Source: an uncultured Merdimonas sp. (lineage in GTDB: Bacteria > Bacillota > Clostridia > Lachnospirales > Lachnospiraceae). From it: 64,000 nucleotides of DNA. Of this stretch, positions 29,406 through 38,424 are shown piece after piece (position 1 is the stretch's first letter; each line of letters starts with the position of its first letter). Location of the stretch: assembly GCA_944375885.1 (NCBI GenBank), contig CALWBB010000001.1, positions 42,166 to 106,165 of the forward strand, given 5' to 3'. A program made the position numbers and the translations under genes. The notes below the pieces were generated by a model. That model did no database searches and was not told the DNA's origin. It saw nothing but the letters and a program-made list of their open reading frames with translations.

Positions 29406-30251
29406 ATGAGTAATAATACGACAAAGCTTCCTGATGGAGTCGCGGATTCCATAAAGATTGAAGTGGCGGCAAGAAAAAAGGAATCCCGGCAGCTGCTTCT
29501 TATCTCCATCATCAGCGTGGCAATATTTTTATTCCTGTGGGAGTTTGCGGTCCGCATCGGATGGATTGACAGCAAGCATCTGAGCGCGCCGACCACGATT
29601 GTGGAGACTTTTATTATGAAACTGTCAGACCCGAACCCAGAAGGCGGAGTACTTGGCACACATATCGCCACCAGCCTTGGACTGGTGCTTGTAGGATATG
29701 GCGCCGCCGTGGTGATTGGAGTGCCCTTGGGCCTGCTTATGGGATACTATCATACGTTTGACAAACTTGTTTCGCCGATTTTTGAGATTGTCCGCCCGAT
29801 CCCGCCTATCGCCTGGATCCCACTTTCCATCATCTGGCTTGGCATCGGAACGACGGCAAAGGCATTCATCATATTCCTGGCGGCCTTCGTTCCCTGCGTG
29901 ATCAATTCCTATACGGGAGTAAAGCTGACGCCGGCGGTATACCTGAATGTGGCGAAGACCTCCGGTGCGTCTACCTGGGAGATGTTCTGGACGGTCAGCA
30001 AGAATTACGCTATGCCCCTCGTCTTTACAGGCGTGCAGGTGGCGCTCGGAAACGCCTGGTCTACCCTGGTGGCTGCGGAAATGCTGGCGGCTATCGCAGG
30101 ACTTGGCTATATGATCCAGCAGGGCCGTCTTCTGGCAAGGCCGGATATCATCATCGTAGGTATGCTGACCATCGGCGTCATCGGAGCTATCCTGACCTTC
30201 CTGCTGTCAAAGCTGGAAAATCATATTGTGAAATGGAGGAGTAGATCATGA
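29406..30251 (+). CDS. NitT/TauT-family ABC permease
   Basis: RPIPPIAWIPL, EAA-like loop VAKTSGAS, LVAAEM..GLGYMI. Confidence 0.92.
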   Translation: MSNNTTKLPDGVADSIKIEVAARKKESRQLLLISIISVAIFLFLWEFAVRIGWIDSKHLSAPTTIVETFIMKLSDPNPEGGVLGTHIATSLGLVLVGYGAAVVIGVPLGLLMGYYHTFDKLVSPIFEIVRPIPPIAWIPLSIIWLGIGTTAKAFIIFLAAFVPCVINSYTGVKLTPAVYLNVAKTSGASTWEMFWTVSKNYAMPLVFTGVQVALGNAWSTLVAAEMLAAIAGLGYMIQQGRLLARPDIIIVGMLTIGVIGAILTFLLSKLENHIVKWRSRS

Positions 30252-31021
30252 AAAAGAACCGTTCCCAGGCAAGGGACATAATGCTTTCTGTTATATCTAT
30301 CCTTCTTTTGGTTGCTGTCTGGTTTCTGGTATCCGGCAGCAGGCCGGACTTTTTCCCGACGCCGATGGCGACCGTTGAGCGTTTCATCCGCCTGATTGAG
30401 AAGCCAATCATGGGAGTTTCGGTATTCGGGCATGTCCTGGCAAGCCTTCGGCGTGTAATGCTGGCCCTGATCGCGTCTATTATACTTGGAATCGGCATTG
30501 GCCTGGTGATGGGATGGAACAAGAAAGTACGGGCCGCGATCAACCCGATCCTGATGGCGCTGCGCCCGATCCCGCCTATCGCCTGGATTCCGCTGATCAT
30601 CCTGATGTTTGGCGTCGATGAGTTCCCGAAGGTGCTCCTGGTATTTATCGGAAGCTTCTTCCCGATCGTCATGAACACCATGTCCGGCGTCGCCCTGGTG
30701 GATGATATGTACCTGAAAGTCGGGAAAATTTACAAGGCTAAGACGTGGCAGATGCTCCGGCATGTGGTATTCCCGGCGGCAATGCCGACGATCCTTGCCG
30801 GAATCAAGATCGCGATCAGTTCCGGATGGATGGTAGTGGTAGCCGCAGAGATGCTGTCCAGCAGATCTGGGCTTGGTTTCCTGATTAACCGCGGACGTGA
30901 CAGCTACGACGTCGCCCTGATTATGGTAGCCATGATCCTGATTGGCGTAGTAGGAGCGCTGTTAAGCGCGGTGTTTACATTAATTGAAAGGAAGATGTGC
31001 GGATGGATGAGCAAAGAGTAG
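30248..31021 (+). CDS. NitT/TauT-family ABC permease
   Basis: RPIPPIAWIPL, VVAAEMLSSRSGLGFLI. Confidence 0.92.
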   Translation: MKKNRSQARDIMLSVISILLLVAVWFLVSGSRPDFFPTPMATVERFIRLIEKPIMGVSVFGHVLASLRRVMLALIASIILGIGIGLVMGWNKKVRAAINPILMALRPIPPIAWIPLIILMFGVDEFPKVLLVFIGSFFPIVMNTMSGVALVDDMYLKVGKIYKAKTWQMLRHVVFPAAMPTILAGIKIAISSGWMVVVAAEMLSSRSGLGFLINRGRDSYDVALIMVAMILIGVVGALLSAVFTLIERKMCGWMSKE

Positions 31022-31755
31022 TCCAGGTACACCTGGAGAACATATCCAAATCTTTCGTTTCCAGAAAAACGATTTTTGAGGCAGTGAATCATGTCACGAT
31101 AGATGTATATAAGAATGAATTCCTGGTTCTTTTGGGGCCTGGCCAGTGCGGTAAGACCGTGCTTTTGAATATGGTCAGCGGCCTGGAGACTCCCACAGAC
31201 GGGAAAGTGGAATTTTTGAACAGCGACTCGACGGATGTGGGCTTCGTGTTCCAGAAGACAGCCGTCTTCCCCTGGAAGACAGTCATGGAGAATGTGGAGC
31301 TTCCCCTGGAACTGAAAGGCGTGCCCAAGGAAGAGCGCAGGAAACGGGCACAGTACCTGATCGAGCTGGTAGGCTTGAAGGGATTTGAAAATGCGCTTCC
31401 CAAGCAGCTTTCCGGCGGCATGAAGCAGCGCGTGGGCATCGCCAGGGCGTACTGCAACAACCCCCAGGTTCTTCTGATGGACGAACCCTTCGGCGCCCTG
31501 GACGCGCAGACCCGCTACCAGATGGAGGAAGAGATCTTACGCATCTGGGAGCAGGAAAAGAGGACGGTTATCTTTGTAACCAACAATATTGAAGAGGCAG
31601 TGTATCTGGCAGACCGGATCATCGTACTGAGTAAGTGTCCGGCGACGGTAAAAGAGGTATACGACATTTCCCTTCCAAGACCCCGCGACTATGTGGATCC
31701 GGAGTTCTTGCGGATCCGTGAAGCCATTGAAGCAAATACAGATTTAGCGTTGTAA
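31003..31755 (+). CDS. NitT/TauT-family ABC ATPase (H-loop His replaced by Asn)
   Basis: GPGQCGKT, LSGGMKQR, LMDEPFGALD, FVTNNIEEA. Confidence 0.92.
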   Translation: MDEQRVVQVHLENISKSFVSRKTIFEAVNHVTIDVYKNEFLVLLGPGQCGKTVLLNMVSGLETPTDGKVEFLNSDSTDVGFVFQKTAVFPWKTVMENVELPLELKGVPKEERRKRAQYLIELVGLKGFENALPKQLSGGMKQRVGIARAYCNNPQVLLMDEPFGALDAQTRYQMEEEILRIWEQEKRTVIFVTNNIEEAVYLADRIIVLSKCPATVKEVYDISLPRPRDYVDPEFLRIREAIEANTDLAL

Positions 31756-31770
31756 GTTAGGAGGAATATC

Positions 31771-32517
31771 ATGGAAAATCAAGAAATTAAGGTCCAGGTA
31801 AATCATCTGACAAAACGCTTTGGTGATTTGCTGGTATTGGATGACGTTTCCTTTAACATAAAAAAAGGCGAATTTGTCTGCATCGTAGGCCCCACCGGGT
31901 GTGGCAAGACGACTTTCTTAAACCTTCTGACACGGCTGATTGAGCCGACGGAGGGAGAAATCTTAATCGACGGCGAGCCGGCGGATCCGAAGAAGCACAG
32001 CATTTCTTTCGTGTTCCAGGAGCCTTCGGCCTTCCCGTGGCTGACCGCGCAGCAGAACATAGAGTATGGCCTGAAAATCAAAAAAAGGCCGGCAGAAGAG
32101 ATCGCCGCCCAGACAGAAAAGATTATAAGCCTTTTGGGACTTGAAAAATACCGCCACGCGTATCCCCATGAGATGTCTGTGAGTATGGAGCAGCGTGTGG
32201 TGATCGGGCGCGCCTTCGCCCTGAACCCGGATCTGCTTCTTATGGATGAGCCCTACGGGCAGATGGATATCAAGATGCGCTATTACCTGGAGGACGAGGT
32301 GGTGCGTCTCTGGAAGGCGACGGGCAGCACGGTTCTGTTCATCACGCACAACCTGGAGGAGGCCACCTATCTGGCGGAAAGAGTATTGGTGCTGACGAAT
32401 AAGCCCGCGAAGATCAAGGCAAATATCGAAGTAGATCTCCCAAGGCCCAGGAAGGTTTCGGATCCTGAGTTTATCCGGATCCGCAAAGAGATTACAGAAA
32501 TGATTAAATGGTGGTAA
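31771..32517 (+). CDS. NitT/TauT-family ABC ATPase (degenerate signature motif)
   Basis: GPTGCGKT, MSVSMEQR in place of LSGGM.QR, LMDEPYGQMD, FITHNLEEA. Confidence 0.92.
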   Translation: MENQEIKVQVNHLTKRFGDLLVLDDVSFNIKKGEFVCIVGPTGCGKTTFLNLLTRLIEPTEGEILIDGEPADPKKHSISFVFQEPSAFPWLTAQQNIEYGLKIKKRPAEEIAAQTEKIISLLGLEKYRHAYPHEMSVSMEQRVVIGRAFALNPDLLLMDEPYGQMDIKMRYYLEDEVVRLWKATGSTVLFITHNLEEATYLAERVLVLTNKPAKIKANIEVDLPRPRKVSDPEFIRIRKEITEMIKWW

Positions 32518-32533
32518 AGGAGGAGGAACAGCT

Positions 32534-33334
32534 ATGAAGAACTTAAAAGACAAGGTTGTATTTATCACTGGCGGAGCCAGAGGGCTTGGATACGCCATGG
32601 CGGAAAAATTCGCGGCGGAAGGCGCCAAGATCGCCATCGGAGATATCCAGGAAGAGCTGGCAGAGGAATCCGCGAAGAAGCTGGCGGATGAGTTCGGGGT
32701 GGAGACTTACGCCTTTTACCTGGATGTGACGGACGTGGAGAATATCAAGGCAGCTTTCGCGAAGGTAAAAGAGCGTTTTGGAAAGCTTGATGTCCAGGTG
32801 AACAACGCAGGGATCCAGATCCGCTGCCCGTCCAAAGAGTTCACGGAGGAGAACTGGGACAAGCTGATGAACATCAATCTGAAGGGCGTGTTCTTCTGCT
32901 GCCAGCAGGCGGCCCTTTTGATGGGAGACAACGGCGGCGCTATCGTGAACATTTCCTCCGGAACCTCGACGCAGACTACGCCGGGACGGGCTCCTTACGT
33001 CATCTCCAAAGGCGGCGTCAATGCCATGACAGCCGTGCTGGGAGCTGAGTGGGCGGCGGATGTGAATGGAAAGAAAGCGATCCGCGTAAACGCGGTGGCG
33101 CCGGGCTGGATTCTGACCAATATGGTGCAGGACGGCTACAGGCTGGGCGTCGTATCTGAAAACCAGATCTGCGCGGCAGTGCCTTTCCGCCGTCTGGCGG
33201 ATCCGTCGGAAATCGCCGACGCGGTGGTATATCTTGGCTCTGATGAATCCAGTTACATTACGGGCCAGACGCTGTTTGTAGATGGAGGCTGGAGCGCGCT
33301 TGGCATGCCGGCCATGGACATGATCAAAGAATAA
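32534..33334 (+). CDS. SDR oxidoreductase, gluconate 5-dehydrogenase/KduD-like
   Basis: TGGARGLG, NNAGIQIR.P..EF, YVISK catalytic motif, VDGG. Confidence 0.85.
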   Translation: MKNLKDKVVFITGGARGLGYAMAEKFAAEGAKIAIGDIQEELAEESAKKLADEFGVETYAFYLDVTDVENIKAAFAKVKERFGKLDVQVNNAGIQIRCPSKEFTEENWDKLMNINLKGVFFCCQQAALLMGDNGGAIVNISSGTSTQTTPGRAPYVISKGGVNAMTAVLGAEWAADVNGKKAIRVNAVAPGWILTNMVQDGYRLGVVSENQICAAVPFRRLADPSEIADAVVYLGSDESSYITGQTLFVDGGWSALGMPAMDMIKE

Positions 33335-33351
33335 AAAGGGGTGCGGCTTTT

Positions 33352-34176
33352 ATGAGATTGGAGTATTCTGCTGAGGAGTTGAAAAAAGTAGCAAACGACA
33401 TCCGAATCGATGTCGTTGAGAGCATTCACTGCGGGGGATCCGGGCATCCGGGCGGTTCCCTGTCCATCGCGGAGATGATGGCAGTCCTGTATTTCCATGA
33501 GATGAATGTGGATGAGAAGAATCCGAAATGGGAAGACAGGGACAGGTTTGTGCTTTCCAAGGGACACGCGGCTCCGGCCTATTACGCGGCCCTGGCAGAG
33601 AGAGGATATTTTGACAAAGAGGTATTAAAGACACTGCGCCACATTGACAGCATCCTGCAGGGACATCCGGATATGAAGAAGGTGCCGGGCGTGGATATGT
33701 CCACTGGCTCCCTGGGACAGGGCATCTCTGCGGCGGCAGGAATGGCCCACTATGCGAAACGCGCAGGTAAGGATTTCCGTGTATACGCCATCCTGGGCGA
33801 CGGCGAGATCCAGGAAGGCCAGGTCTGGGAAGCAGCCATGAGCGCCGGCCATTTTAAGCTGGATAATCTGACCGCTTTCCTCGACAATAACGATCTGCAG
33901 ATTGACGGCCATGTAAGCGAAGAGATGTCCATATATCCTGTCCGCGAAAAGTTTGAGGCTTTTGGCTGGAATGTGGTAGAGGCAGACGGACACGACATAG
34001 AAGAGCTGGAAGCAGCCCTGGAGCAGGCGAGAAGCTGCAAGGGCAGGCCGACCCTGATCTGGTGCAAGACCGTGAAGGGAAAAGGCGTTTCCTTTATGGA
34101 GAACCAGGCAGGATGGCACGGCGGTTCCATCAATGACGAGCAGTATGAGACGGCAATGAAGGAATTAAAGGGGTGA
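33352..34176 (+). CDS. Transketolase, N-terminal (TPP-binding) subunit
   Basis: SGHPGGSLS, DRFVLSKGH, STGSLGQG, GDGE..EG..WE TPP motif. Confidence 0.95.
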   Translation: MRLEYSAEELKKVANDIRIDVVESIHCGGSGHPGGSLSIAEMMAVLYFHEMNVDEKNPKWEDRDRFVLSKGHAAPAYYAALAERGYFDKEVLKTLRHIDSILQGHPDMKKVPGVDMSTGSLGQGISAAAGMAHYAKRAGKDFRVYAILGDGEIQEGQVWEAAMSAGHFKLDNLTAFLDNNDLQIDGHVSEEMSIYPVREKFEAFGWNVVEADGHDIEELEAALEQARSCKGRPTLIWCKTVKGKGVSFMENQAGWHGGSINDEQYETAMKELKG

Positions 34177-34181
34177 AAAGA

Positions 34182-35105
34182 ATGAATTCAACGAGAGAAG
34201 CATATGGACAGGCTTTGGCTGAGTTAGGGGAGAAATATTCTTTCTATGTATTTGACGCGGATTTGTCGAAGGCGACGCAGACCGTTCATTTCGCGAAGAA
34301 GTTTCCGGAGCGGTTTACCAATATGGGAATCGCCGAGGCGAATATGATGGGGTATGCGGCCGGATACGCGGCCTGCGGGGCGACTGTATTCGCAAGCACC
34401 TTCGCGGAGTTCGCGGCGGGACGGGCCTATGATCAGATTCGCAACAGCATCGCCTATCCGCACCTGAACGTAAAAATTGGAGCGACCCACGGGGGCGTCC
34501 TGATCGGGGCGGACGGCGGCTCCCACCAGTGCGTGGAGGATATCGCCCTGATGCGCGCGGTTCCCGGGATGGTGGTGCTCTGCCCGGCAGATACGGCGGA
34601 GACGAAGGCCTGCGTAGAAGCGGCAATCCAGTACGACGGTCCGGTTTATCTGCGCTTTGGAAGGCTTGGCACGCCGGAAATCTATGAGAATGGGCTGACC
34701 TGCAGCTTTTCCATCGGCAAGGGCTCTGTCATCAAAGACGGCACAGACGTGACGCTCATAGCAGTGGGAGATCTGGTAAGCCGTGCCCGGACGGCAGCGG
34801 AGCTTCTGGAAAAGGAAGGCGTGTCCGCGGCAGTCATCGACATGGCGTCCATCAAGCCCATCGACGAAGAACTGATTGTGAAATACGCGCAAAAGACAGG
34901 CCGGATTGTGACTGCGGAGGATCACAATGTCTGTGGCGGACTTGGCGGGGCCGTAAGCGAGGTTCTGGCAAAGAAATGCCCGGTACGCCAGGAGATGGTG
35001 GGCATTCAGGATCAGTTCGGACGCTCCGGCACACCGGAGGATCTGGCAGAGTATTACGGACTGACGGCGGAAAAGATTGTGGAAGCGGCGAAGCGGTTAC
35101 TGTAA
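34182..35105 (+). CDS. Transketolase, C-terminal subunit
   Basis: TREAYG, DADL, GIAEANM, RAYDQIR, DGGSHQ, YLRFGR. Confidence 0.95.
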   Translation: MNSTREAYGQALAELGEKYSFYVFDADLSKATQTVHFAKKFPERFTNMGIAEANMMGYAAGYAACGATVFASTFAEFAAGRAYDQIRNSIAYPHLNVKIGATHGGVLIGADGGSHQCVEDIALMRAVPGMVVLCPADTAETKACVEAAIQYDGPVYLRFGRLGTPEIYENGLTCSFSIGKGSVIKDGTDVTLIAVGDLVSRARTAAELLEKEGVSAAVIDMASIKPIDEELIVKYAQKTGRIVTAEDHNVCGGLGGAVSEVLAKKCPVRQEMVGIQDQFGRSGTPEDLAEYYGLTAEKIVEAAKRLL

Positions 35106-35118
35106 AGGAGAGAGGGCT

Positions 35119-36144
35119 ATGAAGAAAATTGTTTTTGAATCTCCGGAACACGCAGTGATCCATGAAGATGACATCCCTGCGTACGGTGATCGGGAGGTTC
35201 TGTTAAAGCTTGAGAGAATCGGCGTGTGCGGCACGGACATTCAGGTTTTCATGGGAAGGAACCGCTATATGGAGTTCCCGGTGGTGCCCTTCCATGAGGG
35301 CGTAGCCCGTGTGGTAAAGACGGGAAGCCAGGTGGACAACGTAAAAGAAGGGGACAGGGTATCCGTGCGTCCCATCCTCAGCTGCGGCGAGTGCTATTCC
35401 TGCCGGAACGGCCATGAGAACGCCTGCGAAAACTTCAACTGCCTGGGCGTACAGTCGGACGGGCTTGGCGCGGAATATTTTGCCATCGACAAGAGCTATG
35501 TCTATCCGCTGCCAGAGGAGTGCCCTCTTGACCAGGTGGTGCTTATCGAGCCCTTCGCGGTGGGCGTCCATGCGGCCACCCGCGCGCAGGCAGAGGGAAA
35601 GACTGTGCTGGTGGTGGGCGCGGGAACCATCGGAAATTTCACGGCCCAGGCCTGCCAGCTGCTGGGCGCGGAGAAAGTATGCATCTGCGACTTGAGCGAA
35701 GACAAGGTGAAGATGGCGGAAAAGTCAGGGATTGCAGTGTGCCTTAATAGCAGCGGCCGCACGATCAAAGAAGTGGGGCAGGAAGCTTTTGGCGCCTTCC
35801 CAGATGTGATTATAGACTGTGTGGGAGCAAAGACCGTGTTCCCGCAGATTCTGGAGCTTGCGGGGAAGACCACTACGATTGTGGTTGTGGGAAATTATTC
35901 CGAGCCCATCATGGTAGATATCGCCACCATCCAGCGCAATGAGCTGAATGTACGGGGAAACATCACCTACACGGCGGCAGACTTCCAGAAGGCGGTACAG
36001 CTGATGACGGATGGAAAGGTCTACACGGAAGGCTTCATTTCCGCCAGGTTCCAGTTCGATCAGGCCCAGGAAATGATGGAATTCGCGGCGAAAAACCGTG
36101 GTGTAAATATGAAGGTAGTGATGGATTATGGAAAGACAGAATAG
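35119..36144 (+). CDS. Zn-dependent polyol/aldonate dehydrogenase (MDR family)
   Basis: GVCGTD, HEG, CGECYSC..C, EP, GAGTIG. Confidence 0.9.
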   Translation: MKKIVFESPEHAVIHEDDIPAYGDREVLLKLERIGVCGTDIQVFMGRNRYMEFPVVPFHEGVARVVKTGSQVDNVKEGDRVSVRPILSCGECYSCRNGHENACENFNCLGVQSDGLGAEYFAIDKSYVYPLPEECPLDQVVLIEPFAVGVHAATRAQAEGKTVLVVGAGTIGNFTAQACQLLGAEKVCICDLSEDKVKMAEKSGIAVCLNSSGRTIKEVGQEAFGAFPDVIIDCVGAKTVFPQILELAGKTTTIVVVGNYSEPIMVDIATIQRNELNVRGNITYTAADFQKAVQLMTDGKVYTEGFISARFQFDQAQEMMEFAAKNRGVNMKVVMDYGKTE

Positions 36145-36805
36145 CAGATATCATGTGACCCCATCTCTGCTCTGCGCGGATCAGCTGGAACTGAAGCAGA
36201 CAGTAAGTGAGCTGGACAGGCTGGGTGTGGACTGGTTCCATATCGACGTGATGGACGGCAGTTTCGTCCCGAATTTTGCTTTCGGGACGGACTGCGTCCG
36301 GGCCATCCGCAAGATTGCAAAAGCCCCTGTGTACGCCCATATGATGACGGTACATCCTATGGAATTTGTGAAACCCTTTGCGGATCTGGGAGTGGATTAC
36401 TACTGCTTCCACTATGAGACGACGGTAAACCCCTTCCGGCTGTGCCAGCAGATTCAGGATCACGGTATGAAAGCGGCGGTGGCTTTAAACCCGTCTACGC
36501 CGGTGGAGGTCTTAAAGGAGCTGATCCCGTACATTTCCGCTGTAACCCTGATGTCCATAGAGCCGGGATTTTCCGGACAGAAATTCCTGCCCCACACCTA
36601 TGAAAAGATAAGGAAGCTCAAAGAAATGACAGAAGGCTCCAAAGTGCTGATCGAGGTGGACGGCGGGGCAGATATCCCCATTTCCATGCAGTGCCTCTCC
36701 TGCGGGGCTGACATGGTGGTCGGCGGGTATTTCACGATATTTGACAGCAGGAAAACCCTGGAGGAAAATTACCGGGATTACGCCCAGGCGCTGAAGGAGG
36801 GATAG
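36128..36805 (+). CDS. rpe: Ribulose-phosphate 3-epimerase family protein
   Basis: PSLLCAD, HIDVMDGSFVPN, AHMM, MSIEPGFSGQKF, EVDGG. Confidence 0.85.
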   Translation: MERQNSRYHVTPSLLCADQLELKQTVSELDRLGVDWFHIDVMDGSFVPNFAFGTDCVRAIRKIAKAPVYAHMMTVHPMEFVKPFADLGVDYYCFHYETTVNPFRLCQQIQDHGMKAAVALNPSTPVEVLKELIPYISAVTLMSIEPGFSGQKFLPHTYEKIRKLKEMTEGSKVLIEVDGGADIPISMQCLSCGADMVVGGYFTIFDSRKTLEENYRDYAQALKEG

Positions 36806-36807
36806 GC

Positions 36808-37545
36808 ATGACAATACAGGAGCTCAAAGAAATGGTCGTGGAGGCCAACAAGGAACTGCCAAGACGGAACATGGTGGTATATTCCTGGGGAAACGTCAGC
36901 GCGATAGACCGGGAGCGGGAAATCATCGTGATCAAACCGGTGGGAATCCCCTACGACGAGCTGACCACAGAAAATGTCAGCGTGGTAGATCTGCAGGGCC
37001 ATAAGGTGCCGGGAGAGAAGAACCCGCTGGCCCCGTCGGTGGATCTGGACATTCACCGGGCGCTGTATGAGAACTTCCCTTCCTGCAGCGCGATCGTACA
37101 CACGCACTCGACCTTTGCTACGATTATGGCCCAGCTTCACCGGGACGTGCCCTGCTTTGGCACGACCCACGCCGACTATTTCGCCGGGCCGGTTCCGTGC
37201 GTAGACCCGCTTACGGAGGAGGAAATCCTTCATGACTATGAGTGGAACACCGGGATGGCGATCGTAAAATATTTTACAGAAAACCAGATTAACCCGGCGG
37301 AGGTGCCTGCGGCCCTGTCCATCGATCACGGCCCCTTTACCTGGGGAGAGGACTGCTGGGACGCCGTCCACAAAGCGGTGGTTCTGGAAGAGATCTGCAA
37401 AATGGCAGTGCATATGCTGGAGATCGAGCCGGACTGGAAGCCGATCCCGAAGGTCATGAGCGACAAGCACTTTTACCGCAAGCATGGGGCAAACGCGTAT
37501 TTTACGAATGATGATCACGGACATGGGATGGTCCGCAATAAATAG
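36808..37545 (+). CDS. araD: L-ribulose-5-phosphate 4-epimerase
   Basis: WGNVS, IKP.G, HTHS, GTTHADYF.G.VPC, HGPFTWG, KHFYRKHG.NAY. Confidence 0.9.
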   Translation: MTIQELKEMVVEANKELPRRNMVVYSWGNVSAIDREREIIVIKPVGIPYDELTTENVSVVDLQGHKVPGEKNPLAPSVDLDIHRALYENFPSCSAIVHTHSTFATIMAQLHRDVPCFGTTHADYFAGPVPCVDPLTEEEILHDYEWNTGMAIVKYFTENQINPAEVPAALSIDHGPFTWGEDCWDAVHKAVVLEEICKMAVHMLEIEPDWKPIPKVMSDKHFYRKHGANAYFTNDDHGHGMVRNK

Positions 37546-37565
37546 CAAAGCGGAGGCAAGCGACT

Positions 37566-38399
37566 ATGAAACATCTTTATTTGAATTTGAAGCGGTTTGA
37601 GATTCCTGTGGATCTGGGCGGCGTGAACCGCATTGCCCCTGTCACGGAATGGGCCGGATACATAGTAAAAAATACACAGGATGCATTGAAAAAATATGGG
37701 CCGGATGAGGCGGAATTTGTACAGTTCTTCCCGGAAGCGCATATCATGCCGGCCGCTGCGGCCAGGACAGAGGGAAGCCCCGTCCAGATAGGCTGCCAGG
37801 GAGTGTACCGCATGGACGCGGGCGTGAACGGCTTTGGGGCCTTTACCACAAACTGCCCGGCCGCTGCTGCGGCAGCCCTGGGCGTATCCACAGCGCTGAT
37901 CGGCCACTGCGAGGAGAGAAATGATAAGATGGGTATCCTGGAAGAGGCGGGCGTCCATGATACAAAGGCGGTGAACCGCATTTTGAACCAGGAGATCAAG
38001 CTGGCCGTCTCCAGGGGCCTTAAGGTACTCTACTGCATCGGCGAGAAGAGCGAGGAACAGGACAGATGGCAGGAAGTCCTGGGCGAACAGCTGGAGATCG
38101 GGCTTGACGGGGTAGACAAGTCGAAGGTCGTCATCGGCTATGAGCCCATCTGGTCCATCGGGCCGGGAAAGACGCCTGCGGACAAACCCTATATCACGAA
38201 AATTGCCCGTTTCGTCAAGGAATTCACCGGAGGAATCGATATCGTCTACGGCGGCGGCCTGAAAGCAGATAACGCGGAAATGCTGGCTTCCATCGACGAG
38301 ATAGACGGCGGTCTGATTGCCCTGACACGTTTTAGCGGGGAAATCGGCTTTTATCCGGATGAGTACCTGGAGATCATCCGTCTCTATTTAGGAAAGTAA
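37566..38399 (+). CDS. Triosephosphate-isomerase-family sugar-phosphate isomerase (divergent)
   Basis: NLK, GAFT, IGHCEER, YCIGE, YEPIWSIG.GK, YGGG. Confidence 0.85.
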   Translation: MKHLYLNLKRFEIPVDLGGVNRIAPVTEWAGYIVKNTQDALKKYGPDEAEFVQFFPEAHIMPAAAARTEGSPVQIGCQGVYRMDAGVNGFGAFTTNCPAAAAAALGVSTALIGHCEERNDKMGILEEAGVHDTKAVNRILNQEIKLAVSRGLKVLYCIGEKSEEQDRWQEVLGEQLEIGLDGVDKSKVVIGYEPIWSIGPGKTPADKPYITKIARFVKEFTGGIDIVYGGGLKADNAEMLASIDEIDGGLIALTRFSGEIGFYPDEYLEIIRLYLGK

Positions 38400-38424
38400 A
38401 ATTACAGAAAAGAGGTGCAAGATC

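Noticed and set aside
29793-30590. About 26-nt identity between the two TauC-like permeases
   Set aside because: It encodes the conserved RPIPPIAWI motif with preferred codons and is not an independent repeat element.
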